From IMG/VR virus record IMGVR_UViG_3300018005_000013: a stretch of DNA of 64,000 nt. One strand, 5' to 3'. Of the stretch, positions 45,958-54,674 are shown piece by piece. How positions within the stretch are numbered: position 1 is the first letter of the stretch; every line of letters begins with the position of its first letter. Made by a program: the position numbers and the translations under genes. Under the pieces are notes generated by a model that saw only the letters and a list, made by a program, of their open reading frames with translations, was not told the origin of the DNA and searched no databases. This DNA is from an uncultured virus (IMG/VR IMGVR_UViG_3300018005_000013). Taxonomy: Duplodnaviria > Heunggongvirae > Uroviricota > Caudoviricetes.

Positions 45958-47556
45958 CTAGCCCTTTGGCTTCGGGCCGGAAATAGCCTTGAACTTCATG
46001 CGGGACCACTTGGGCTGGCCCGTCTCGATGTTGTAGCTCCCGTCTGCGCTGTCCACCTGGTCGTCGTGCCGACCGTGGTCGAACTCGGCCAATTCGGCCA
46101 TAAAAGGTTTGTTCCAGGCCGCTCGGAGCAGGAAGACGTTGCCCGCGTTCACCTGGGCCGCCAGGGGCATGGCCCGTACCCGCTTGTCGCCGCTGGGCAG
46201 GTCCCCGTCCACGTCGTATCCCTGCATGAGCGAGATGTAGTCGCCCACCTGCGCCTTGCCCGCCTGGCCGCCCTCCTGCTCGATCCGCAGGCGAACGCGC
46301 CGACCGTCCTCCTCGGCGGTCAACTTGATCGTTGCGCGCACGCCCTCGGGCGAGGCGCGCAGGCGCACAAGGTCGAGGATGTAGCTCTTGCCCTCGTGCA
46401 ACACCAGGAGCGTCCCCACTGTCCAGTCCGGGTCCGACTTGATCGTCTTCGCTTCCGTCCCAGCCAGGTCCCAGTAGCGCGTCCCCTTCTTGACCTCGAG
46501 CAGGCGCGGGCCCTTGCCCGGCTCCTCCGGCGGTTCCACTTCGGCCACTTCCGCCGGGACTGCGTCCACGATCTGCAACCGGGCGATGTTGAAAATGTCG
46601 CCGGTCGCCGCAATCGGGTGCTGCTGGTATTCGGCGTTCCACACAAAGGGACTGGCTTTTTCGCGCAAGTCGAGCAAAAAAGCCTTCGAGAATCGCTTCG
46701 GGGCCAAAGGCGCTTCGATCTCGCGCCCGAGCAAATCCCCTTCTTCCGCCAGCGCCGGGTAGCGCAGGACCGTCCACTCGCCGCCTTCCTCGACCGTTCC
46801 CTCTGCCTTGAGAATCCGTCCCGCCAGGTCGTCCAGGTGCCAGCGGGTCATCATGAAGATGACCGCGCCGTTCTCCCACATGCGGGTGCGGAAGGTGCCG
46901 TCGTACCAGGCCCAGGCTCCCTCGCGCATCACCTCCGACTGGGCGTCCGCCCAACTCTCGAACGGGTCGTCGATGATCCCGAGCCCGAACCCGTGCCCGG
47001 TGATCGGGCCGCCGAGGCCCACGGCCAGGGTGTAGCCCTTGTGGCCAAGAATCCCCCAGTCCGTCACCCGCCAGTTGCCCTCGTCTTTGTTGATGTGCGG
47101 GAAGATTCCGTGGTAGGCGTCCGACTCCATGATCGACCGTGCCCGCCGACTGTTGTCGTAGGCCCGGGAGGCGGCGTAGGAAATCAGTGCGACTGGTAGG
47201 TCGGGGTTGTGCGCCAGCCAAAAAGGCGGCGTGCGAATAGAGACGAGTTCCGTCTTGCCGTGCTGGGGCGGCGCGAACACCATGAGCTTGCGGATCGCTC
47301 GGCTGCCGTCGTCCCTGGGGATAATGACCTGCTCGAGCGCGGAGGCCAGGTGCCGATGGAACTCCTCCGTCTTGTAGCTGGGATAGGTGTATTCCGTGAA
47401 CGCAATCAGGGACCGCCGGGCGACGCGCAGCTTCTCTGCCAGGACCGGATCGTCCGGCTCGGGCGGGTCCAGTATCGGCACCGAGTCGTGGGCCCAGGTT
47501 CCGCGCCAGTCCTCGACAGGCGTGCGTAGTCGGAAGGCCGGATCGCGCCGAGGCAC
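45958..47556 (-). CDS. terL: Terminase large subunit
   Basis: Walker A PPQHGKT, Walker B GIIDDP, MTRWH.DDL, nuclease YWDLA and HDDQVDS. Confidence 0.96.
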   Translation of the reverse strand: MPRRDPAFRLRTPVEDWRGTWAHDSVPILDPPEPDDPVLAEKLRVARRSLIAFTEYTYPSYKTEEFHRHLASALEQVIIPRDDGSRAIRKLMVFAPPQHGKTELVSIRTPPFWLAHNPDLPVALISYAASRAYDNSRRARSIMESDAYHGIFPHINKDEGNWRVTDWGILGHKGYTLAVGLGGPITGHGFGLGIIDDPFESWADAQSEVMREGAWAWYDGTFRTRMWENGAVIFMMTRWHLDDLAGRILKAEGTVEEGGEWTVLRYPALAEEGDLLGREIEAPLAPKRFSKAFLLDLREKASPFVWNAEYQQHPIAATGDIFNIARLQIVDAVPAEVAEVEPPEEPGKGPRLLEVKKGTRYWDLAGTEAKTIKSDPDWTVGTLLVLHEGKSYILDLVRLRASPEGVRATIKLTAEEDGRRVRLRIEQEGGQAGKAQVGDYISLMQGYDVDGDLPSGDKRVRAMPLAAQVNAGNVFLLRAAWNKPFMAELAEFDHGRHDDQVDSADGSYNIETGQPKWSRMKFKAISGPKPKG

Positions 47557-47692
47557 TGCTCATCCCCCAAAAAGCTCGCCGCAAAACCAGCAGTACCCCA
47601 GGCCGAGACCGGTCGGGTTCGCATGCGAGACGTATGCGTGTTTGTTGAAAAAGCACAGAACGCGCAGAAGACGCAACCGCGTCCACCAGGGC

Positions 47693-48655
47693 TTATTCTC
47701 GAGTGGCATCTATGCTCCCTACCTGCCGAATCCCGGCGGCCTGAGCGGTCGCCACGGGGAATACGGACCGAATCTCGCGGGCCAGCGCGGCGCGATCTGC
47801 CGGGCTGGGGATAAAACGCAGCATGAGTTGCTGGAGCCAGACCGTGAACTCGAGCACTTGGTTGATCGGGACGGCCTGGCGGTTTGCAAAGGACCACTTG
47901 CGCTCGGTCTCACTGAGCCGCCGGATGAGTTCGGTGTTGTCGCGGAACTCCTCCCATAGGCGCTTTTGAATATAAACGGGGTCCAGGGCGGCCCGCAGCA
48001 GGCGCAGCCCGGCGGCCACCTCGGAGTGCTGGGCCTCGAGGATGCCCGCCTCGATCATGTTGGCGGCCTGCATGCACTCCCCCGCCACAACGGTCGGGTC
48101 ATTCACTTGCATCTGCTCCATGATCTGGTCCGTGCGCGTGGCGGCAATGGCAAGTTCTTCGGATAGGTTGAGCAGCGAGGGCGTGGCGACGATCCGGTTG
48201 AACGCGGCGGAAATCTGGGCCGAGATCATGTACTTGCCCGACTTGATCGCGGTGGGCGTCGCGCCGTGCATCCTACAGACCCCGAATCCCAGGATCGCTC
48301 GGTTCTTGCAGCGGCGCGGGTAGCCGCACACAGGGCAGTGGGTAGCGGGGTCGCCTCGCTTGTAGCGGTAATCGCAGTTGTTGGCCGGGTTGCGGCAAAC
48401 CTTCCTGCGGGCCTTGCATCGCTCGAGGTCATTGGCTGCGGGCTGGTCCTGGAAATCGGACACCAGGGTAGACTCGGCTCCCGGCGTCAGGACGGGCGGG
48501 ATCGGCGTGGCCACGACCGTCGCGGGCTGTTGCCCAGGGCCGGGGTGTTGCGCGACCTGGACAACGGCGCGGCGAGTCGGCCTGCGGTTAGGCGGCAGCG
48601 ACTTAGCTGACGAGCGCGTGGTAGATTTTCGCTTCTGAGCTTTTCGTCCCGGCAT
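47693..48655 (-). CDS. Putative terminase small subunit (Cys-rich N-terminus)
   Basis: Immediately upstream of terL; CKNRA....CRMHGA motif followed by a helical region. Confidence 0.65.
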   Translation of the reverse strand: MPGRKAQKRKSTTRSSAKSLPPNRRPTRRAVVQVAQHPGPGQQPATVVATPIPPVLTPGAESTLVSDFQDQPAANDLERCKARRKVCRNPANNCDYRYKRGDPATHCPVCGYPRRCKNRAILGFGVCRMHGATPTAIKSGKYMISAQISAAFNRIVATPSLLNLSEELAIAATRTDQIMEQMQVNDPTVVAGECMQAANMIEAGILEAQHSEVAAGLRLLRAALDPVYIQKRLWEEFRDNTELIRRLSETERKWSFANRQAVPINQVLEFTVWLQQLMLRFIPSPADRAALAREIRSVFPVATAQAAGIRQVGSIDATRE

Positions 48656-48788
48656 GCGCCGCGGGCAGTGGGAGTCTAGGCGCTCCCCGCCACGGGTACC
48701 GGATACGGTCACGCAGGCCGCAGGCGTTGGGTCGCCCTCGGCTTCTCTCCCAGGCCGAATGATAATCCAGTCCGGCTGGATATGCTAG

Positions 48789-48858
48789 TGGAGCGGGTGG
48801 AGGGATTCGGACCCTCGTCTCCGGCCTGGCAGGCCGGACATTCGCCTTGAGCACCCGC
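48789..48858 (-). tRNA. tRNA-Gly(GCC), atypical (short D region, altered T loop), with encoded CCA
   Basis: GCGGGTG/CACCCGC acceptor + U + CCA; anticodon arm CCGGC-CTGCCAG-GCCGG; T arm GAGGG-TCCGAAT-CCCTC; 70 nt. Confidence 0.78.
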
Positions 48859-49073
48859 CGGGGCAGGAGCAGGGGCGCTCGGGAAATTTGGCCAACCGGG
48901 TACCCCCGACGGTTTTAGGGAACCCTGGACACGCCCCTGCATGTGCCGGGGATATAGGGTCGCCACGCCAGGACTGGGCGGCCACACGGCATGGAGCCGA
49001 ATTTCGTCCCCTGTGCGCGCAACCTTCGCTTTACAGAATAGGCCGACTTGATTGAAAAAGCAAGCACGGCCGA

Positions 49074-49334
49074 CTAGGCAGGTTCCGGCGGTTTCGTAGC
49101 GTCCATCTCGGTATGCCAGGCGGCGTGCCGCTCGCAGACCGTGCGGAAGTCCTGCTCGGTCTCCTCCTTGAGTTGCCAGAGTTTCGTGGGGCAGTCGGGG
49201 CGCGGGCACTTCCAGGAAAGCGTGGCAGCACCCGGCGTCCACAGGCTGGGCTCTGAATGATAAACTCCCGCTTCGCCCAGGCGCGAGCGGCGGCGGTCCT
49301 CGTCGAGGCTGGCTTCGGTCAAATGGTCGGGCAT
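49074..49334 (-). CDS. Hypothetical Cys-containing protein
   Basis: 86 aa, GGAGG RBS, CPRPDC. Confidence 0.55.
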   Translation of the reverse strand: MPDHLTEASLDEDRRRSRLGEAGVYHSEPSLWTPGAATLSWKCPRPDCPTKLWQLKEETEQDFRTVCERHAAWHTEMDATKPPEPA

Positions 49335-49337
49335 GGA

Positions 49338-49541
49338 TCAAACCTCCGGTGGGTAGCGGCGGCGCAGCCGGGCCAGGCGGGCCAGACTGCTCGGGCGCAC
49401 GCCATGGTAGACGCGCGTGAGTGGGCGCGGGGGCCCGCTGCGGCTGGCCGTCTCTTGGAACACGGCCACCGTGGCCGCCTTCCGGGAGATGACCGTCACC
49501 CAGCGGTGCGGCCAGGAGAAGGAGTAGATTTCGGCGCTCAT
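49338..49541 (-). CDS. Small basic hypothetical protein
   Basis: ATGA-coupled; ends SLARLARLRRR. Confidence 0.55.
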   Translation of the reverse strand: MSAEIYSFSWPHRWVTVISRKAATVAVFQETASRSGPPRPLTRVYHGVRPSSLARLARLRRRYPPEV

Positions 49542-49738
49542 GCCGAGGCCCTCGCCAGGCGCGCCAGCCGCGCCTCGCTGGTGTACCAGATGTGCCGGTA
49601 GGCCCGGATCGGACGGCGACCGCGCCGCAGGTCCATAACCTCGACGTTGGAAAAGCCGACGATTCCGTCCCGGTCGCTGAGCTTCTCGATGGTCACGCGG
49701 ACGCGCCGCGTCCCCAGGGTGAACTCGTAGGACCCCAT
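49538..49738 (-). CDS. Small basic hypothetical protein
   Basis: RBS GGCGGAG; ends ARLARLARA. Confidence 0.55.
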   Translation of the reverse strand: MGSYEFTLGTRRVRVTIEKLSDRDGIVGFSNVEVMDLRRGRRPIRAYRHIWYTSEARLARLARASA

Positions 49739-49748
49739 GGCTCCGCCT

Positions 49749-49850
49749 TTAGCGGTGCGCGATCATCGCGCCGATCCCGATGACCGCGACCACCCAGAAA
49801 ATCCCGATCCCGGCGACGACGTTCCAGTTGATGGCGATAAAGTCGTACAT
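49749..49850 (-). CDS. 33-aa single-pass membrane peptide
   Basis: AGGAGG RBS; MYDFIAINWNVVAGIGIFWVVAVIGIGAMIAHR. Confidence 0.6.
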   Translation of the reverse strand: MYDFIAINWNVVAGIGIFWVVAVIGIGAMIAHR

Positions 49851-49858
49851 AGCGCCTC

Positions 49859-50128
49859 CTAGTTGGGCGGCCCGTAGGTCGGCTGCAGTCCCTCGACGGT
49901 CAGGGCTGCCACATCCGCCAGGCCAGCGACGAAGCTCACCGGCCCGTACAGCACGCCGTCGATCCGAGTGACCCATCCCTCGTCCAGGCCCTCGAGGTAG
50001 AACTCGACTGGAAGGTCGAGCCCCTCGGCCCGGATCGCGGCGATCACGTCCTCGCGGCTGATTGCCCGGTCCCAGACCCAATCGTCGTTCTCGACGTGTC
50101 CGAGCGCGAAAGTCGGTTGCTCTGGCAT
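49859..50128 (-). CDS. Acidic hypothetical protein
   Basis: AAGGAGG RBS, downstream of the promoter at 50224..50252. Confidence 0.7.
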   Translation of the reverse strand: MPEQPTFALGHVENDDWVWDRAISREDVIAAIRAEGLDLPVEFYLEGLDEGWVTRIDGVLYGPVSFVAGLADVAALTVEGLQPTYGPPN

Positions 50129-50222
50129 CTCGCCTCCTTTGGGCCTTAGCCCATCCTGCGCGTCCCCGAGGTCAGCGGCCTCGCCGCCTCGGGGGCCTTT
50201 CAGCGTGGGTCAAGACTGTGGT

Positions 50223-50252
50223 AAGTGTACCACATCCGGTACACTTTGTCAA
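50223..50252 (-). promoter_or_regulatory. Sigma70-type promoter with overlapping palindromic operator
   Basis: TTGACA-17 bp-TACACT with extended TG; inverted repeat AAGTGTACC-N6-GGTACACTT (50223..50246). Confidence 0.85.
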
Positions 50253-50530
50253 GGGGTGCGGATCGGGGCCTTCCAGTCCTTGGGAATTGCCCACTCGCCG
50301 GTGTCGTGCCCGGCCTCGAGCCAGGCCAGCAGGCGCAGGGCCCGGTCCCGGCGCAAGTAGTGGGGGCCCTGGTAGGAGACATAGATGACGCCGACATAGG
50401 CCCCGGCGGGGAAGGCGTTGACGAGGTAGAACCGCTTGAGGCCCCCGTGGTCCATGATTCCCCGGGCCTCAAGGGCCTTCAGACGGTTGAAAATCCGGTC
50501 GGCAATCTCGGCCAGTTTCAGGGCGGCCAT
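50249..50530 (-). CDS. Hypothetical protein
   Basis: 93 aa, fits the minus-strand gene tiling. Confidence 0.6.
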   Translation of the reverse strand: MAALKLAEIADRIFNRLKALEARGIMDHGGLKRFYLVNAFPAGAYVGVIYVSYQGPHYLRRDRALRLLAWLEAGHDTGEWAIPKDWKAPIRTP

Positions 50531-50533
50531 GGC

Positions 50534-50926
50534 CTAGTCGATCCTTGAGCGGGCATCCGCCTCGATCCCATGCGCGTTCAGCACGGCGGCGAAGGCCTGC
50601 GCGTGCGCAGGCTTGCGCTCAAGCGATTGGTTGTACTCGTCGATCCAGATGGTTGTCCCGCCCTCGTACCCGTTCAGCCGGGCCCCGAGGAATCGGGTGG
50701 CGAACTTGGCGGCGCGGCAGTTGGCCGGGTGGATCGTCACCCAGGCGAACCCGCATGGGCCGTCCTCGAGGATGCCCGTGAACGTCGAAATCTGGCCGCC
50801 GCCGACAACCGTCGCCTGGGCCCGAAAGGGCTGGGGCTGAGCGGCCTTACCGGCGCGCTGGCCTGCGAGCTTGGCCTCGTTGAAAATCTCTGCAAGTTGC
50901 TGGGGGGTGAACTTGGGCAGCGGCAT
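50534..50926 (-). CDS. Hypothetical phage protein (DGPCGFAWV motif)
   Basis: AAGGAGG RBS, directly downstream of the promoter at 50952..50980. Confidence 0.75.
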   Translation of the reverse strand: MPLPKFTPQQLAEIFNEAKLAGQRAGKAAQPQPFRAQATVVGGGQISTFTGILEDGPCGFAWVTIHPANCRAAKFATRFLGARLNGYEGGTTIWIDEYNQSLERKPAHAQAFAAVLNAHGIEADARSRID

Positions 50927-50951
50927 TGTATCCTCCTTTGCGACTGTCCAA

Positions 50952-50980
50952 AGTATACCGCATGCGGAAGGGTTTGTCAA
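50952..50980 (-). promoter_or_regulatory. Sigma70-type promoter
   Basis: TTGACA-17 bp-TATACT. Confidence 0.85.
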
Positions 50981-51237
50981 GCCCTATATGAAGGGGGCCG
51001 GTGCCGGGCCTCGTGGGCCTCGCGGGCTGCCTGGTAGGCGTTGGGGAAAAGCAGGGTGAAAATGACGAGGGCCGTCAGGGCAGCCAGGACGGGGACGGCC
51101 AGGACAGGGGCAAGGATGATCCACCAGGAGACCTGGATCGCGCCGAGCAGGCGCAGGCCGCCAAAGGCCACCGTCTCAATCAGGCCGACGATCACCTCGC
51201 GGCGGAACAGGATGCCGGGCTGGGCGAACTTGTGCAT
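50977..51237 (-). CDS. Small membrane protein
   Basis: LRLLGAIQVSWWIILAP; resembles 60564..60779. Confidence 0.55.
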   Translation of the reverse strand: MHKFAQPGILFRREVIVGLIETVAFGGLRLLGAIQVSWWIILAPVLAVPVLAALTALVIFTLLFPNAYQAAREAHEARHRPPSYRA

Positions 51238-51449
51238 GCGCCTCCTGAGCAAGTCGGGGCGGCAAGGCAGCGGGCTTTTGCCGATTCAGTCGCATCCCCT
51301 GAAGCCTCACTCCAAACAGATCGCCCGTCGCCTGTGGATTTGCCGCCCCGCCTAGTGGCGCGGCCCGGAGTCGCACCGGGATGGGCCGGGTTATGGGCCC
51401 GGCTGGGGGCTGACCCTCCGCGCTACGTAGTAGTCACTTCCTTGCAACC

Positions 51450-51830
51450 TTATGTTGCTAGGCCTGGCCGAGGTTTGAGGCGGTCCACGAACTCACGGAA
51501 CATCGGAAGCTGCCCTTGCGCCTCGACCTCGAGCAGTTCGACCAGGTGGCCGGTGTTCGCGTCCTTGACCTCCATGACAACCCGCACCAGCCCCGACACC
51601 CTGAGCGCGTAGACCCGCCCGCAGATCGCGGCCAACATAATCGGAGGCCCGTCGAGCGGGCTGGGCGGATCGGAATGTCGCGACCTTGAAAAAAGGACGG
51701 CTAGGTCGGCCCGCGTCATGGGCCCCTGCTTCTCGAGCGCGTAAAGGACGCGCTCCATCTGGTGCAGAGCCTTGCCGCTGGCCACGTGTTCGCGGTACGC
51801 TGTGAGCGAGGTGTACGTTGGTCCGGTCAC
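51450..51830 (-). CDS. Putative winged-helix DNA-binding protein
   Basis: RVLYALEKQGPMTRADLA..AICGRVYALR.SGLV. Confidence 0.65.
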   Translation of the reverse strand: MTGPTYTSLTAYREHVASGKALHQMERVLYALEKQGPMTRADLAVLFSRSRHSDPPSPLDGPPIMLAAICGRVYALRVSGLVRVVMEVKDANTGHLVELLEVEAQGQLPMFREFVDRLKPRPGLAT

Positions 51831-51927
51831 AATACCCCCAACCCAGAGGGCCGGACGTTATGGCGACGCCCGGCCCCCACCCCAGAAGGAGAATACGAGA
51901 GCATTGTATCCCGTCCTTTCCCGGCGG

Positions 51928-52386
51928 TCAAGTGAGCGACCGATTGGCAATCGGCGAATCCGTCGTCGCCTCGGGCGCGCTCGCGGGCGCGGAGGGGATC
52001 GGCTCGGCCACAACCTGCGCGACCCGCTTGGCTTTTGGCACGGGCGGCGGCGCGGGCGCGGCCTGAACCTCGACGGGTTTCTTTGCTTCCCGGTCGGCGA
52101 TCCTCTGCTTGGCGGCCTCGGCGTAGATCGTCCTGGGCTCATCGGGCCCGAGGTACCCCAGAAAATCGTCACTGTCCTCCGCGCTGAAAAGCGTCTCACC
52201 TGGGACATAGCCGATGACCGCAAAGTCCTCGCCCGGGTGCAGCAGCGCCGCCTCGCCAGGCAGGAATTGCACCAAGACCAGGCACGTGACCCGGATCAGA
52301 TCGACCGGCTCCTTCGGCTTTGCTCCGGGTGCGGCGCTGGCAGCGAACAGTTCACCGGCGGGTAGAATGGAAATGGCCTTTGGCAT
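51928..52386 (-). CDS. Hypothetical protein
   Basis: 152 aa, GAGGA RBS. Confidence 0.6.
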   Translation of the reverse strand: MPKAISILPAGELFAASAAPGAKPKEPVDLIRVTCLVLVQFLPGEAALLHPGEDFAVIGYVPGETLFSAEDSDDFLGYLGPDEPRTIYAEAAKQRIADREAKKPVEVQAAPAPPPVPKAKRVAQVVAEPIPSAPASAPEATTDSPIANRSLT

Positions 52387-52397
52387 GATTCCTCACC

Positions 52398-53096
52398 CTA
52401 GCCTAGCCTGGTTGTCCAGGCCGTCTTGTCGAGCAGCGGCTTGGCCCCTTTTGCCTCCACGTCCTCGGGGTGCGCCGCGGCCATGCGCTGGGCCCACGTG
52501 CGCACAATGAGTAGCCAGCGAATCGCCTCCTGCTGCTCAGCCCGCTGGCGCAAGCGGTCCTCAAGTTCAAGGCGTTGGTCCTCGATCCGGTGCTCCATGA
52601 GACGGATTGTCTGGCGCGCCGACCGCAGGTCTCTGCGCCGTCCAGACAGGTCGTGGCGGAGGCGGAACACCGCGCTCGCGGCCAGGCGGTACCGGCGGAG
52701 GACGTGCATCAGGTTGCCGACCGGATTGGTAATCGGCTCGCGGTAGGCCGTGGCGTCGGCGAGAATCTCGGAGACGTGCGCCAGGCAGGCCAGCGCGTCG
52801 GCCTCGCTCAGCCAACCCCAGTCCTTGGGCTTCTGGTTGTACACGCATAGGAGCAGCGCCACCGCTAGATTCCTGGCCACACCCAGCGGCACCGCGCCCA
52901 GCGGCACGCTCACGCCCTCGCCGCTCGAGGGGTCCGGCCCCATTACGCTCATCTTGGCGTCGAAGACCGCGTGCATCTCGACGGCCAGGCCGTAGGGCAT
53001 GCGGACCGTATCCACCACGAATCCGGCGTGTCCGGGCCCGACCACCTTGTACTGGACTACCGTCCGATTGATAATCTCGTCCGGGTCACTGGACAT
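52398..53096 (-). CDS. Hypothetical protein with coiled coil
   Basis: Start MSSDPD by gene tiling. Confidence 0.55.
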   Translation of the reverse strand: MSSDPDEIINRTVVQYKVVGPGHAGFVVDTVRMPYGLAVEMHAVFDAKMSVMGPDPSSGEGVSVPLGAVPLGVARNLAVALLLCVYNQKPKDWGWLSEADALACLAHVSEILADATAYREPITNPVGNLMHVLRRYRLAASAVFRLRHDLSGRRRDLRSARQTIRLMEHRIEDQRLELEDRLRQRAEQQEAIRWLLIVRTWAQRMAAAHPEDVEAKGAKPLLDKTAWTTRLG

Positions 53097-53556
53097 AGGC
53101 CTGCTCCACGCCCGCTGTGCCGGTCGCGCTGAAGGTCGGGTACATCCGGTCGCCGACGTAGCCTCGCGCCGCGCCCAGCAGGCCGCGCTCCGGCTCGGTG
53201 AGGTAGAAGCGGTGCTCCGCCACAACCGCACCGATCACGCCCAGGAGGCCCCTGATGAGGACCTCGCAGGAGTTGGGGGCGCTGGCGTACCGCACCTTCC
53301 AGACCTCTTCGTTCTGGTCGCGCCGCCGCCTGATCCATTCCTTCACGAAGTTCGCCTCCGCCTGGTGGAGGCGCAGGGCCACCTTGGCCTGCTTGCGCCA
53401 ATGGAAATAGGCTTCACCAGTGAGCGGCTGGCCGCTCGGGTCGTGCGGCTCGTCGTTCCCCAGTTGCATCTCGATGTCCGCTGTCTCCTCGCGCAGGTGG
53501 CGGAGGCGATCCTCTGCCTGAGGCAGGTCCTCGGGATGGACGAAGGTGTAGGGCAT
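53086..53556 (-). CDS. Hypothetical protein
   Basis: Start MPYTFV, AGGAG RBS, TAATG overlap. Confidence 0.6.
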   Translation of the reverse strand: MPYTFVHPEDLPQAEDRLRHLREETADIEMQLGNDEPHDPSGQPLTGEAYFHWRKQAKVALRLHQAEANFVKEWIRRRRDQNEEVWKVRYASAPNSCEVLIRGLLGVIGAVVAEHRFYLTEPERGLLGAARGYVGDRMYPTFSATGTAGVEQAYVQ

Positions 53557-53810
53557 TAGTTGACTCCTGTGGCCAGGCCGACCACGGCCCCGATTGCCGT
53601 CCCCATGATCCAGGCCACCACATGCGGCGCGTCGAAGTGCAGAACGGTCATGGCGATAGACAGGACGCTTGAGACGCCGATGAGCGCCGCAATGAAAAAG
53701 AGGCGGGCGTAACCGCGCAGGTCGCGCCGGGCGTTGGCCGCCTCGCGGGTGTATACGACGGCCAGCGCCTCCCAAAGGATGCAGAGAATCAGGACGTAGG
53801 GCCAGGACAA
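53556..53810 (-). CDS. Small three-TM membrane protein
   Basis: 84 aa, almost entirely hydrophobic. Confidence 0.6.
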   Translation of the reverse strand: MSWPYVLILCILWEALAVVYTREAANARRDLRGYARLFFIAALIGVSSVLSIAMTVLHFDAPHVVAWIMGTAIGAVVGLATGVN

Positions 53811-53990
53811 CTCAAAGCTCCCAGGAGAGACCCAGGAGGCGGAGGGGCCCGATGCCGATGGAAAAATCGCCCCAGCCCTCGTCTAGGTCGAGGATCAAAC
53901 CCACGAGCCAGTTGTCCGCCTCCCAGGTCAAGACATTCAGGTCCACGCGCCAGTCACCAGGCCAGAACGCGAAGTGAAACATTTTGCCTC

Positions 53991-54674
53991 CTAGATGTGC
54001 GCCCAGTCGGGCAAGGCAACCAAACGCCCGCAGGTCTTGAGCGGGTGAGCCAGCAGGGGTTGCGTCCCAGCCAGCCGTCGGTAGAAGCGCAGTTTTTGCG
54101 CGACGGTCTCCGGCCCCCAGCCGTAGTGGAGCAGGCAGTAGGGCGGGTCGATCCGGGCGCAGTCCTTGGGCGCTGGCACATTCCCGAAGCAAAGCTGGTG
54201 CTCGTTCCCGTCATAGGGTTCGACCGGCCAGTTCGCCCTCCATGCCCACAGGCTCCGCTGTCGGGAAACATCCGGGAACCATAGAGAGTCACCCCACAGA
54301 GTCAGGCGCGGCACAAGCAGGACCGGCTGCTCTAGGTTGGAAATTACGATCCGGGCGTCCACGCGCAGACTAAAGTTCGGCACGCAGTCGATGTCCTCGC
54401 TCACGATCCAGTCCGCATCCTCGTCCCTGGCCCAGCCAAGCAGCGCCGCAAGGACCTCGCCGGGCGGGCTGAACCACCCTTGCGATCCGGGCAGATGGAC
54501 GCGCAGGTTGCAGACCGGCATGGCGACGTTCTCGTAGCACATGCCCCGCGCCACCGTCAGGTCCTCGCACCCGCAGTCGGCAATGATAATCTTGTCGGCC
54601 CAGGCGTAGCACCGGCAGAAGCGGTCGATCCGCGCCTCTTCGTTGCGCGCGGCCGCCAGGACGACGATCTTCAT
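53991..54674 (-). CDS. Glycosyltransferase family 2-like (early region)
   Basis: ARNEEARIDRF..ADKIIIADCGCED.T, EDIDC, LLHYG. Confidence 0.8.
   Translation of the reverse strand: MKIVVLAAARNEEARIDRFCRCYAWADKIIIADCGCEDLTVARGMCYENVAMPVCNLRVHLPGSQGWFSPPGEVLAALLGWARDEDADWIVSEDIDCVPNFSLRVDARIVISNLEQPVLLVPRLTLWGDSLWFPDVSRQRSLWAWRANWPVEPYDGNEHQLCFGNVPAPKDCARIDPPYCLLHYGWGPETVAQKLRFYRRLAGTQPLLAHPLKTCGRLVALPDWAHI

Noticed and set aside
45926..47686. 586-aa minus-strand ORF overlapping terL
   Set aside because: Arg/Gly/Pro-rich alternative frame; all terminase motifs lie in 45958..47556.
48789..48858. tRNA as attP/attL prophage boundary
   Set aside because: Phage-like genes continue on both sides, with no integrase or duplicated tRNA 3' end in the window.
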